Positions 35,683-45,290 of a stretch of DNA of 64,000 bases are shown here, one piece after another. The stretch is from Mycobacteriales bacterium (GTDB taxonomy: Bacteria; Actinomycetota; Actinomycetes; Mycobacteriales; CADCTP01). The position numbers were made by a program, and so were the translations under genes. The stretch lies in contig DATBFW010000203.1 in assembly GCA_036558285.1 (NCBI GenBank), positions 2,631 through 66,630 on the forward strand, read 5' to 3'. How positions within the stretch are numbered: the first letter of the stretch is position 1; the number at the start of each line of letters is the position of its first letter. A model generated the notes under the pieces. The model had not been told where the DNA came from. It searched no databases and saw only the letters and a program-made list of their open reading frames with translations.

Positions 35683-37947
35683 GTGGTGGTGGCGACGTCG
35701 CGGACGGGCTCCACCGCCGGGACGGACACCGTCCCGGCGGCCGAGCTGCCGTTCGATCTCGAGACGAAGCTCCATCCACCCGTTCTCCGGCCCAGCCTGG
35801 TGCCCCGTACCGACCTGCTCGCCCTGCTGGAGGGGGCCGGGCCGGTGCCGGTGGTCGCCGTCGTCGCCCCGGCCGGGTACGGCAAGTCGACGCTGCTTGC
35901 GCAGTGGGCGGACCGCCGCCGGCCGCGCAGCGCCTGGATCTCCTGCGACGACGGCGACAACGACCCGGCGGTGCTGCTGGCCGGCCTGGCCGCGGCGCTG
36001 ACCCGGCTCGGCGCCGTGGACGCGGGGCTGGTCGCGGGCATCAGCCGGAACGCGGACGTCACCGCGGTGCCGACGCTGATGGAGGCGATCGACCCGGAGG
36101 CGGAGCCGGCCACCGTCGTGCTCGACCACGTCGAGGCGGTCGTCAACCGGGAGTGCCAGTACGTGCTGACCGAGTTCGCGCTGCGGCTGCCGTCCGGGTG
36201 GCAGGTCGTGATGGCGTCCCGGCACGCGCTGCCGCTGCCGGTGTCCCGGCTCCGGCTGCAGCGCCGGTTGGTCGAGCTGAACGCGCAGGACCTCTCGATG
36301 AGCCCGGACGAGGCGGCCACGCTGCTCGACCGGGCCGGCGTCGGGACGGCGGGGGAACGGGCGGCGACACTGGTCGAGCTCACCGAGGGCTGGCCGATCG
36401 GGCTCTACTTCGCCGGTCTCGCGCTGCGGACCGGCGACCGGCCGGTCACCGCGATCAGCTCCGGCGCCGTCGACCAGTTCGTCGACGGCTACCTGCGGGC
36501 CGAGCTGTTCGCCCAGCTGTCCCCGCCCGAGATCGCGTTCCTGACCAGGACGTCGGTGGTCGAGCGGCTCTGCGGGCCGCTGTGCGACGCCATCGTCGAC
36601 GGCGCCGGCTCCGGCCGCCTGCTGGAGGACCTGGAACGGCGGAACCTGCTGGTGATCCCGCTCGACCGGCGCCGCGAGTGGTACCGCTACCACCACCTGT
36701 TCCGGGACCTGCTGCTGGCCGAGCTGCACCGCAGCGAGCCCGAGCTCGTCGGTCGGCTGCACCTGCGCGCGGCCGACTGGCTGGAGCGCAACGGCCGGCC
36801 CGATGAGGCCATCGAGCACGCACAGGCGGCCGGCGACGTCGACCGGGTCGCCGGACTCGTGCTGGACCGGATGCAGCCGGTCTGGGCGAGCGGCCGGGTC
36901 GAGCCGGTGCTGCGCTGGATGACCTGGTTCGACCAGGGTCGCGGGATCGAGCGCTACCCGGCGATCGCCGCCCACGGCGCGCTGATCTTCGCGTTGATGG
37001 GGCGGCCCGCGGAGGCGGAGCGGCTGGCCGACGTCGCCCAGCAGGCCCCGCCGACCGCGCTGCTGCCGGACGGCAGCACGATGGGCGGCCTGCTCGCCTA
37101 CCTGCGGGCGATCCTGGCCCGCGACGGTGTCGAGGCGATGCGCCGGGACGCCGTGCTCGGCTTCGAGCAGCTCCCGCTGACCAGCCCGTACCGGGCGACC
37201 ATGCTGCACACCGAGGCCGTCTCCCACCTTCTCGACGGCGAGCCGGAGCTGGCCGACCCGCTGCTGGCCAACGCCGTGCACCACGCGGCCCGGGGCGGCG
37301 TGCTGCCGCTGGCCTCGCTCGGGCTGGCGGAGCGGTGCATCGTCGCCGCCCAGCGGGACGACTGGACCGTCGTCGACGGGTACGTCGAGCAGGCGCTGTC
37401 GATCGTGCAGGAGGGCCACTTCGAGACGTACTGGACCAGCGCGCTGGTCTACGCGTGGGCGGGCCGGGCCGCGCTGCACCGCGGCGACATGGCTGTCGCC
37501 CGGCAGTACGCGGCGCAGACTGCGCGGCTGCGCCCGCTGCTGGTCTACTCGATCCCGGTCATGCCGGTGCAGGCGCTGCTCGAGCTCGCCCGCGTCTACA
37601 TGGGACTCGGCGACTCCGGCGGTGCCGACGCCGCCCTCCGGCAGGCCGAGGACGTGCTCGCGCACCGTCCGGACCTCGGCGTGCTGCCGGAGCAGGCCGC
37701 GGCGCTGCGGGCCAACCTCGACCAGATCCTCGACGACTCGGTCGGCGCGTCGGCGCTGACCGCGGCCGAGCTGCGGCTGCTACCGCTGCTGCCGACCCAC
37801 CTGTCGCTCGGCCAGATCGCCGAGCGGCTGCACGTGTCGCACTCGACGGTGAAGACCCAGACGAACTCGATCTACCGGAAGCTGCGCGTCTCGTCCCGCG
37901 GCGACGCGGTCATCCGCTCCCGCGAGCTGGGTCTCGACCTCCACTGA
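35683..37947 (+). CDS. MalT-like STAND-LuxR regulator #2
   Basis: APAGYGKST, Walker B variant VVLDHVE, TEGWPIGL, YRYHHLF, HTH SHSTVKTQ...IYRKL. Confidence 0.95.
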   Translation: MVVATSRTGSTAGTDTVPAAELPFDLETKLHPPVLRPSLVPRTDLLALLEGAGPVPVVAVVAPAGYGKSTLLAQWADRRRPRSAWISCDDGDNDPAVLLAGLAAALTRLGAVDAGLVAGISRNADVTAVPTLMEAIDPEAEPATVVLDHVEAVVNRECQYVLTEFALRLPSGWQVVMASRHALPLPVSRLRLQRRLVELNAQDLSMSPDEAATLLDRAGVGTAGERAATLVELTEGWPIGLYFAGLALRTGDRPVTAISSGAVDQFVDGYLRAELFAQLSPPEIAFLTRTSVVERLCGPLCDAIVDGAGSGRLLEDLERRNLLVIPLDRRREWYRYHHLFRDLLLAELHRSEPELVGRLHLRAADWLERNGRPDEAIEHAQAAGDVDRVAGLVLDRMQPVWASGRVEPVLRWMTWFDQGRGIERYPAIAAHGALIFALMGRPAEAERLADVAQQAPPTALLPDGSTMGGLLAYLRAILARDGVEAMRRDAVLGFEQLPLTSPYRATMLHTEAVSHLLDGEPELADPLLANAVHHAARGGVLPLASLGLAERCIVAAQRDDWTVVDGYVEQALSIVQEGHFETYWTSALVYAWAGRAALHRGDMAVARQYAAQTARLRPLLVYSIPVMPVQALLELARVYMGLGDSGGADAALRQAEDVLAHRPDLGVLPEQAAALRANLDQILDDSVGASALTAAELRLLPLLPTHLSLGQIAERLHVSHSTVKTQTNSIYRKLRVSSRGDAVIRSRELGLDLH

Positions 37948-38446
37948 GCGCCAGTGCCTCGGCGGCACCGTGCAGCGCCTCCTGCAGCGCGGCGAGCCGA
38001 TCGGCGCTCATCGTGGTCCGCAGCGCCTGGCCGCCGTACGGCCCGAGCACGTCGACGAGCCGGTCGGTCTGCTCCTCGCCGTCGAGCGCGAGGAACAGCG
38101 CGGACGTCCCCGGGCCGAGGCGTTCGCGGATCTCGGCCTGGACGCGCCCGTCGAGCCCGCCGGCGGCGACCAGCTCCAGCAGCGCGTCGAGGCCGGCGTC
38201 GGCCTGCCGGTCCGGCGGCGGAGCGAACAGCAGGGCGAACACCAGCATCCACCCGATGCCCCAGCTCAGCTCGCCGGCGACCGGCTGGTGGTTGGTGGTC
38301 AGGTGGAACCGCCCGTCCCGGTCCCGGCGGACGACGGCCACCGTGTCCGGCTCGATCCGCAGATGCCGGACCAGCCGCTGCACCTGCTCACCGGCGGCGG
38401 CGGCGGACGTCTCGTCCCGGTAGGCGAGGACGACCAGGGTGGGCAT
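37910..38446 (-). CDS. DUF1269 family protein, divergent paralog
   Basis: LVVLAYRDE, RRDRDGRFHLTTNH, LGPGTSALF, LQEALHG; clearly homologous to 57561-58067. Confidence 0.8.
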   Translation of the reverse strand: MPTLVVLAYRDETSAAAAGEQVQRLVRHLRIEPDTVAVVRRDRDGRFHLTTNHQPVAGELSWGIGWMLVFALLFAPPPDRQADAGLDALLELVAAGGLDGRVQAEIRERLGPGTSALFLALDGEEQTDRLVDVLGPYGGQALRTTMSADRLAALQEALHGAAEALALSGGRDPARGSG

Positions 38447-38493
38447 GAGCAGCGGGGCTCCCTTCTCGGCCACGGCCGCGGCGCGGGCGACGG

Positions 38494-40740
38494 TCAGGTC
38501 GGCAGCAGGCCGAGCTCCCGTCCCCGCTCCACCGCGGCCGTCCGGGTGCCGGCACCGAGCTTCCGGTAGGTGGCAGCGACCTGCGTCTTCACCGTGTTCC
38601 GGGACACGTGCAGCTCCTCGGCGATCTCGCCGAGGGACAGGTGGGTGGGTAGCAGCTGCAGCACCCGCACCTCGGCCGCGGTCAGCGACATGGCCGTGGA
38701 CTCGTGCACCCGACCGTCGTGCCGGGACAGCCGGTCGGCCAGATCCTGCACGCGGGCCTGCAGGATCCCGTCGGTGAGCAGCCGGGACAGGTGCTGGCGG
38801 GCCTCGTCCACCCGCATCCGCGCGGCCACCGGGTCGCCCAGCTCCAGCGACACCCGGCCGAGGACGACCGCGACCTGCGCGCCGAGCCAGGGGAACGCGG
38901 CCGGCGAGGGGTCGGCGCCGAGCCGCTGCGCAGCACCGGCCAGCCGCCGGGCGGCTTCGACGTCCGACCGGCGAGCCGCGACCCAGGCGCAGACCGCGTA
39001 CGTGAGCATCGCCAGGACGCTCTCCCGCAGCTCCCCGCTCTCCACCAGGTCGTGGGAGGCCTGCGCGTGCGCCTCGGCTCCGCGCTCGCCCTGCTCCAGG
39101 GCGACCAGCGCCAGCTCGGCGTGTGCCAGCGCGGCCCCGAGCCGCTGCCCGTTCCCGTCCGGCTCGGCCGCCGCGGTCAGCTCCCGCTCCGCCGGCTGAC
39201 CGGTGAGCACGTGGGCCACCCCGAGCGCGGCGAGCGCGATCGACCGCCACGGGCTGCCGGGCAGCTCGAGCCGGACCGCCGTCCGGGCGTCCTCGACCAT
39301 CCGGTCCACCCCGAGCGGGCAGCTCAGCGCGGTGAACGTGGCGACCGCCGAGTCGAGCGAACTGCTGCCGTCCGGCAGCGGACCGGGCACGGTCGCCTTC
39401 TCCGCGCGCAGCACGCTGCTCTGCGCCCGGACCGGGTCGCCGGACAGAGCCCAGATCCAGGCGGCCGTGACTGCGACGGGTGGGCAGGCGACGAGCGTGT
39501 CGTCGTCGAGCCGGCCCAGCCAGCCGCGCACGCGGGCCAGCCGCCTCCCGCTGGGCAGGTCCTGGGCCAGGCCGTTGATCAGCCGGGCGGCGGTCAGCTC
39601 GTCCCGGCCGGCCAGGGCGTGGATGACCGCCGGCTCCGGCCGGCCCTCCCGCTCGTACCAGGCCGCCGCGCGCCGGTGCAGCCGGAACTCCTCGCCGGGC
39701 TCGCGCCGGCGCAACTCGGACAGCAGCATCTCCCCGAACAGCCGGTGGTAGCGGTACCACCCGCCGTCCCGGTCGACCGGGACGACGAACAGGCCGCGGC
39801 GCTCGGCGTCGGCGAGCCGCACCGCGGAGCCGGTGCGGTCGAGCAGCGCGTCGCACAGCGGGCCGCACATCCGCTCCAGGACCGAGGTCCGCAGCAGGAA
39901 CCGGACGCTGTCCGGTGGCTCGGCGGCGAGCAGCTCGTCCCGGAAGTAGTCGGCGATGAAGACGTCGTCGCCACCGATGGCCGCCGCGCCGCCCGCCCCG
40001 CCGGAGTCCTGCCGGCCGGCGAGCGCGGCCAGGTAGATGCCGGCGACCCAGCCCTCGGTGCGGCGCTGCACCGCTCGTACGGTGCCCGGCTCGAACCGCG
40101 ACCCGGTCGCCAGCAGCTGCCGGGTCTCGGCCTCGGAGAACTCCAGCTCCTCGTGGCCGAGCTCGGCGTACCCGGCCCCCGGCGGCAGGCCGGCCAGCGC
40201 GGGCGCGTGCCGGCTGCGGGACGCGACGGCCACTTGGACCGCGCGCGGGTTGCCGCAGTCGAGCAGGTCGCGGAGGAGGGCGACCGACTCCGGCGACAGG
40301 ACGTCCTGCACGTCGTCCAGGACCAGCAGGGCCGGCTCGCGCAGCTCGCGCAGCGCCCGCAGCAGCCGGGCCGGTGCGGTCGCCGGATCGGTGGCCGGTA
40401 TCCGGGCCAGCCGGTCGGCCGTGGCCGCCGGCATCGGCACCGGCCGGAGGGCGCCGGCGAGGTGGCCGGCGAGCCGGGCGGGGTCGTCGTCGGACGCGTC
40501 GAGGCTGACCCAGCCGACCGGCCGGCGGCCGGTCGCGGCCCACTGCCGGAGCGCGGTGGTCTTTCCGTACCCGGCCGGGGCGGCGAGCACGATCACCGGC
40601 ACCCGGCCGGCGACCGCGTCGAGGCGGGCCAGCAGCCGGCTGCGCCGCACCTGGCCGCGCCGGTCCAGGCCGGCCGCGGCGTGCTCGGAGCGCGGGTCGT
40701 CGTGGTCGCCGGCAGGCGGCCGGCCCAGCGACACGTCCAC
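38494..40740 (-). CDS. MalT-like STAND-LuxR regulator #3
   Basis: APAGYGKTT, LVLDDVQ, TEGWVAGIYLA, YRYHRLF, HTH SRNTVKTQ...YRKL. Confidence 0.95.
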   Translation of the reverse strand: MDVSLGRPPAGDHDDPRSEHAAAGLDRRGQVRRSRLLARLDAVAGRVPVIVLAAPAGYGKTTALRQWAATGRRPVGWVSLDASDDDPARLAGHLAGALRPVPMPAATADRLARIPATDPATAPARLLRALRELREPALLVLDDVQDVLSPESVALLRDLLDCGNPRAVQVAVASRSRHAPALAGLPPGAGYAELGHEELEFSEAETRQLLATGSRFEPGTVRAVQRRTEGWVAGIYLAALAGRQDSGGAGGAAAIGGDDVFIADYFRDELLAAEPPDSVRFLLRTSVLERMCGPLCDALLDRTGSAVRLADAERRGLFVVPVDRDGGWYRYHRLFGEMLLSELRRREPGEEFRLHRRAAAWYEREGRPEPAVIHALAGRDELTAARLINGLAQDLPSGRRLARVRGWLGRLDDDTLVACPPVAVTAAWIWALSGDPVRAQSSVLRAEKATVPGPLPDGSSSLDSAVATFTALSCPLGVDRMVEDARTAVRLELPGSPWRSIALAALGVAHVLTGQPAERELTAAAEPDGNGQRLGAALAHAELALVALEQGERGAEAHAQASHDLVESGELRESVLAMLTYAVCAWVAARRSDVEAARRLAGAAQRLGADPSPAAFPWLGAQVAVVLGRVSLELGDPVAARMRVDEARQHLSRLLTDGILQARVQDLADRLSRHDGRVHESTAMSLTAAEVRVLQLLPTHLSLGEIAEELHVSRNTVKTQVAATYRKLGAGTRTAAVERGRELGLLPT

Positions 40741-41064
40741 GCGGTCTCCCGTCCCTCGAACTCCCGGTTCCGGGAGAGTGCGGCAGCGCTCCCACTCGAC
40801 GCCTGGCAGAGCGTCAACGATCAGTTACTCAACCCTCCGCGCGCGGGGCCGGGCAACTTACTTCAAGAAAACATTGACTCTACCGGCTCTTTGCCAAGCG
40901 CTCTCATCGTGGCCGGGTTTGTACGCACAGTAGCGGATCGGCGGACGTTCTCTACGATCCGTGACCGAGGATCACCCAGGCCAGTTGATGAACATACCCA
41001 TCTGACGAGCAGACAATCCTTCCGTCGGGCGCCGATCGACGTCCGGGGACGACGGGGGCAAGCG

Positions 41065-43767
41065 ATGGTCGGGGACGCTTCGCACGTCAGGCTCGAACCC
41101 GCGGCGGGACCGTTGATGCTGTCCAAGCTCGATCCACCGGAGACCGGCCGCGCTGTCGTGACCCGGTCGAGGTTGATCGACCGGCTGGCCTCGGCCGCGC
41201 AGGGGCAGATCACGCTGGTCACCGCGCCGGCCGGGGCCGGGAAGACGACGCTGCTGCGGTCCTGGCTGGCCGCCGGTCGGGTGCCGGGGTTGCCGGTGTG
41301 GGTCGGGCTCGACGCGGCCGACCGGGAGTCCGGCACGTTCTGGTCGTACGTGCTGGCGGGGCTCGAGCGGGTCGGCCTCGCCCTGCCGTCCGAGGCGGAG
41401 ATCGAACCGGACGCGACGCCGGTGCATCGGCTGGCCGCCGCGCTCTACGGGCGGGCCGAGCCGATCGTGCTCGTGCTCGACGACGCCGACGTGCTTGCCG
41501 GCTCCGCGGTGCCCGAGGAGCTCGACTTCCTCGCCCGGCACACCGGGTCCGCGCTGCGACTCGTGCTGGCCGCCCGGGGCGACCCGCAGATCCACCGGCT
41601 CCGGCACCGGCTCGACGGCTCGGTCACCGACATCCGCGCGGACGACCTCGCGGCGACCGAGGCCGAGGTCCGGGAGGTTCTCGCGCTGCACGGCGTCACG
41701 CCGTCGGACGAGTGCGTCCGCGCGGTGCTGCGCCGCACCGGCGGCTGGATGGCCGGCGTCACGCTGACCGCACTGGCCGCGGTCGAGCGGTCCGGTGCCG
41801 CCGGTCCCGGCCGCGAGGACGACCGGGCGGTGGCGACCGCGGCCGACGCCGACATCGCCGACTACCTCGACGCGGAGGTGCTCGCCCTGCTGCCGGCCGC
41901 CGACATGCAGCTGCTGCTCCAGGTCGGCCTGGTCGAGCACGTGCCCGGCGCGCTCGCCGCGGAGCTGTCCGGCCGACCGGCCGCGCGGCAGGCGCTCGAC
42001 GACCTCGGCCGCCGTACCTCCCTGGTGCAGCGGTGCCGGCGGCACGACGACTGCCAGCGGATACACCCGCTGCTGGTCGGGCTGCTCGGCACCCGCCGGT
42101 CGACCGCCTCGAGCCGGCGACTGCACCGGCGGGCGGGGGAGTGGTGCGCGTCCGGCGACCGCAGCGTGGACGCCGCGGTCCACCTGGCCACCGCGCAGGA
42201 CTGGCCGGAGGCCGCGGCCGCACTGGTCAACGGGTACGCGGTCGCCCACCTCGTGGGCGGGCCGCGGGCGCGCCGGCTGCTGGCCGCGTTCGCCGGCATG
42301 CCGCCGGACAGCCGCGGCGCCCAGTCCGCGGTGGTCCTGGCGGCGGCGGCGGTCGCCCGCCGGGACGTCGAGGTCGCCGCGAAGCAGCTCGGGCGGGCCG
42401 AGGAACTGGTCGACGACGTGCCGCCGGACCGGGCCGGGGCGCTCGCGCTCGCGCTCGCGGTCGCCGGCGCCGGGCTGGCCAGGCTGTCCGGGGACGCCGA
42501 CCGGGCCATGGACGCCAGGGCCGCGCTGGACCGCGCGACCGCCGAGATCGAGGCCGGCGGCGGCTCGGCCGGCGCCGAGAGCCGGACGACCGTGCTGGCC
42601 GAGGTCGGGGCCGCGCTGCTGCGTGCCGGCCGGCTCGACGCGGCCGCCGCGACGCTCGCCGAGGACCTGGCCGAGGACGCGGCCGCCGGGCCGCCGTCGT
42701 TCGCCGCGGTGCGGTCGGTGCTGACCGGCCGGGCGGCGCTGGTCGAGGCGCTGCGCGGTCACCTGACCGTGGCGCGGGAGCTGGCCGAGCGGGCCGGCGC
42801 GGCTCCCGCCGACTTGGACGGTGCCGACGGGCGGCGCTGGCGCCACGGTCCGGTCGAGGCGCTCGCCGCGCTGGCCTGGGTCGCGGTGGAGACCGGAGCC
42901 GCCGCCGAGGCCGACCAGCCGGCCGACCGGGCCGCCGGCGGGGACGACCCGGTCGTGCCGGCCGTGCTCGGCCTGGTGCGGGCCCGGTCGCTGCGCGCGG
43001 CCGGCCAGCCGGACCAGGCCCTGTCCGTGCTGGCCGCGACCCGGCACCCAACCGGTCGGGACGCCCCGCCGGCCTGGCTGGACGGGATGCTGGTGGCCGC
43101 GACCGCCGCCGTCTGGACCGCGAGCGGCCGGCCCGAGCGGGCGCTGCAGGAGCTGGCCGACGCCGGGCACGGCGGGCCGGACGTCTGCCTCGAGACCGCC
43201 CGGGCGCACCTGGCCGGCGGCGAGGTCGAGCGGTCCACCGAGGAGGTGGCGGCCCTGCTCCGGCGGGGCGACCTGGCCCTGGGCGTACGGGTCGAGGCGT
43301 GGCTGCTGCGGGCGGAGGCTGCGCTCGCCCGGCGGGACCGGAAGGTCGCCGAGCAGGCCGCGGATCGGGCCTTGCGCACCGCGTCCGAACAGCGACTGCT
43401 CCGGCCGGTGTTGGAGGCGCCTCCGCAGCTGCGGGGCCTCCTCCAGGCAGCGGGACCCGACGTGGTCGGGTCGCGCCGCGGCACCGGTTCGGGCCGCGGT
43501 CGCCGGCCGGGCGTCGGCAGCCGTGGCGCGTCCCCACCGCTGCCCGCGCCGACGCCCGGCCGGCCCGTGGTCGTCGAACCGCTGACGGCCAGGGAGCAGG
43601 AGGTGCTCGGGTACCTGTCGGCGCTGCTGTCGACCGAGGAGATCGCCGAGCTGATGTTCGTGTCGGTCAACACCGTGAAGTCGCACGTGCGGGGCATCCT
43701 GCGCAAGCTCGGCGCGCCGCGGCGCAACGAGGCGATCCGGCGGGCGAGGGAGCTGCAGCTCGTCTGA
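41065..43767 (+). CDS. MalT-like STAND-LuxR regulator #4
   Basis: SKLDPP, APAGAGKTT, LVLDDAD, TGGWMAG, HTH LTAREQEVL...SVNTVKSH...LRKL. Confidence 0.93.
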   Translation: MVGDASHVRLEPAAGPLMLSKLDPPETGRAVVTRSRLIDRLASAAQGQITLVTAPAGAGKTTLLRSWLAAGRVPGLPVWVGLDAADRESGTFWSYVLAGLERVGLALPSEAEIEPDATPVHRLAAALYGRAEPIVLVLDDADVLAGSAVPEELDFLARHTGSALRLVLAARGDPQIHRLRHRLDGSVTDIRADDLAATEAEVREVLALHGVTPSDECVRAVLRRTGGWMAGVTLTALAAVERSGAAGPGREDDRAVATAADADIADYLDAEVLALLPAADMQLLLQVGLVEHVPGALAAELSGRPAARQALDDLGRRTSLVQRCRRHDDCQRIHPLLVGLLGTRRSTASSRRLHRRAGEWCASGDRSVDAAVHLATAQDWPEAAAALVNGYAVAHLVGGPRARRLLAAFAGMPPDSRGAQSAVVLAAAAVARRDVEVAAKQLGRAEELVDDVPPDRAGALALALAVAGAGLARLSGDADRAMDARAALDRATAEIEAGGGSAGAESRTTVLAEVGAALLRAGRLDAAAATLAEDLAEDAAAGPPSFAAVRSVLTGRAALVEALRGHLTVARELAERAGAAPADLDGADGRRWRHGPVEALAALAWVAVETGAAAEADQPADRAAGGDDPVVPAVLGLVRARSLRAAGQPDQALSVLAATRHPTGRDAPPAWLDGMLVAATAAVWTASGRPERALQELADAGHGGPDVCLETARAHLAGGEVERSTEEVAALLRRGDLALGVRVEAWLLRAEAALARRDRKVAEQAADRALRTASEQRLLRPVLEAPPQLRGLLQAAGPDVVGSRRGTGSGRGRRPGVGSRGASPPLPAPTPGRPVVVEPLTAREQEVLGYLSALLSTEEIAELMFVSVNTVKSHVRGILRKLGAPRRNEAIRRARELQLV

Positions 43768-43774
43768 GGCGCCT

Positions 43775-43793
43775 CTATCCGCCGGGGATGACG
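43775..43793. promoter_or_regulatory. Regulon box CTATCC-gccgg-GGATGA(CG) upstream of cydA
   Basis: Exact consensus, 8 nt after the LuxR #4 stop. Confidence 0.72.
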
Positions 43794-43888
43794 CGGCCCG
43801 GCACCGGCCGCTGTCTGCTTGAGCCGGCGCCGATGCCGCCCGCAGCGTGCCCGCGACGCGGGCGGCCGGAGAACGACGAGGAGTGCAG

Positions 43889-45277
43889 ATGTCCACTGTG
43901 GACCTCTCCCGGTTCCAGTTCGCGATGACGAGCATCTACCATTTCCTGTTCGTCCCGGTCACCATCGGCCTCGCCGTACTGACCGCCGTGCTGCACACCG
44001 CCTGGTATCGCAGCCGCGACGACGGCTACCTGCGGCTCACCCGGTTCTTCGGCACCCTGCTGGTCATCAACATCGCGGTCGGCGTGGTGACCGGGCTGGT
44101 GCAGGAGTTCCAGTTCGGCATGAACTGGGCCGATTACTCGCGCTTCGTCGGCGACGTGTTCGGCGCGCCGCTGGCGATCGAGGGACTGGCCGCGTTCTTC
44201 CTCGAGTCGACCTTCCTCGGCCTGTGGCTGTTCGGTTGGGGCCGGCTCTCGCCGCGGGTGCACCTGGCCACGGCCTGGCTGGTCGCGCTCGGCGCGCTGC
44301 TGTCGGCCGCGTTCATCATGGCGGCGAACTCGTGGATGCAGCACCCGGTGGGCTACCAGCTAGCCAACGGCAGGGCTGAGCTGACCAGCTTCTGGGCGGT
44401 GCTGCGGAACCCGGTCTTCCTCTGGGCCTACACCCACGTGGTGCTGGCCTCGCTGGTGACAGGTGCGACCGTGATGCTCGCCGTGTCGGCCTGGCACCTG
44501 CTGCGCCGCTCGGACGCCGACCTGTTCAGCCGGACCGCCAAGCTCTCGCTGACCGTGCTCATCCCGGGCGCACTGCTCGCCATGTTCATCGGCAGCGAGC
44601 TCGGCGTCGTGGTGACCAAGTACCAGCCGATGAAGATCGCCGCGTCCGAGGCGCAGTGGCAGACCTGCCAGCCCTGCTCGTTCTCGCTGTTCCAGGTCGG
44701 CGGCGGGAACCGGGACGAGACACCGACGAAGATCATCCAGATCCCGCACCTGCTCTCGCTGCTCGCGACCAACTCCTGGAACGGCCAGGTGCAGGGCCTC
44801 AACGAGCTGGACGCCCAGTACCAGCAGCAGTACGGGCCGAACGACTACGTGCCCAACGTGTTCGTGCAGTACTGGTCGATGCGCGGGATGGCGTACACGG
44901 CCGGGCTGCTGTTCCTGCTGTCCCTGTGGGGCGGCTGGTTACTGCGGCGCAAACGCATCCTCGACGCGCGCTGGTTCAACCGGCTGGCGGTCTGGGCCGT
45001 CCTGCTGCCGTTCATCATGAACACCGCCGGCTGGATGCTGACCGAGAACGGGCGCCAGCCCTGGATCGTGCAGGGGCTGATGCGCACCTCGGACGGGGTG
45101 TCGGGGTCGCTCGGCACCGCGACGGTGGTGACGAGCATCGTCACCTTCGGCCTGCTCTACCTGATCTTCGGCATCATCGCCTGGACCCTGATGGTCCGCT
45201 ACGCCCGCCGCCCGCTGGGGCCGGCCGAGCCCGTACCCGAGCCGGACGAGAGCCGGCCGCAGGTCGCCACCTACTGA
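43889..45277 (+). CDS. cydA: Cytochrome bd ubiquinol oxidase subunit I
   Basis: YHFLFVP, VQEFQFG, QPMKIAASE, YWSMRGM, TENGRQPW. Confidence 0.97.
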   Translation: MSTVDLSRFQFAMTSIYHFLFVPVTIGLAVLTAVLHTAWYRSRDDGYLRLTRFFGTLLVINIAVGVVTGLVQEFQFGMNWADYSRFVGDVFGAPLAIEGLAAFFLESTFLGLWLFGWGRLSPRVHLATAWLVALGALLSAAFIMAANSWMQHPVGYQLANGRAELTSFWAVLRNPVFLWAYTHVVLASLVTGATVMLAVSAWHLLRRSDADLFSRTAKLSLTVLIPGALLAMFIGSELGVVVTKYQPMKIAASEAQWQTCQPCSFSLFQVGGGNRDETPTKIIQIPHLLSLLATNSWNGQVQGLNELDAQYQQQYGPNDYVPNVFVQYWSMRGMAYTAGLLFLLSLWGGWLLRRKRILDARWFNRLAVWAVLLPFIMNTAGWMLTENGRQPWIVQGLMRTSDGVSGSLGTATVVTSIVTFGLLYLIFGIIAWTLMVRYARRPLGPAEPVPEPDESRPQVATY

Positions 45278-45290
45278 CAAGGAGCCGGCG

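Noticed and set aside
38704-43767. 1687-aa ORF, and similar giant ORFs (10943-15448, 34246-37947, 40972-43935)
   Set aside because: These are stop-poor GC-rich shadow frames running over real genes. Only the segments with recognisable motifs and start signals were kept.
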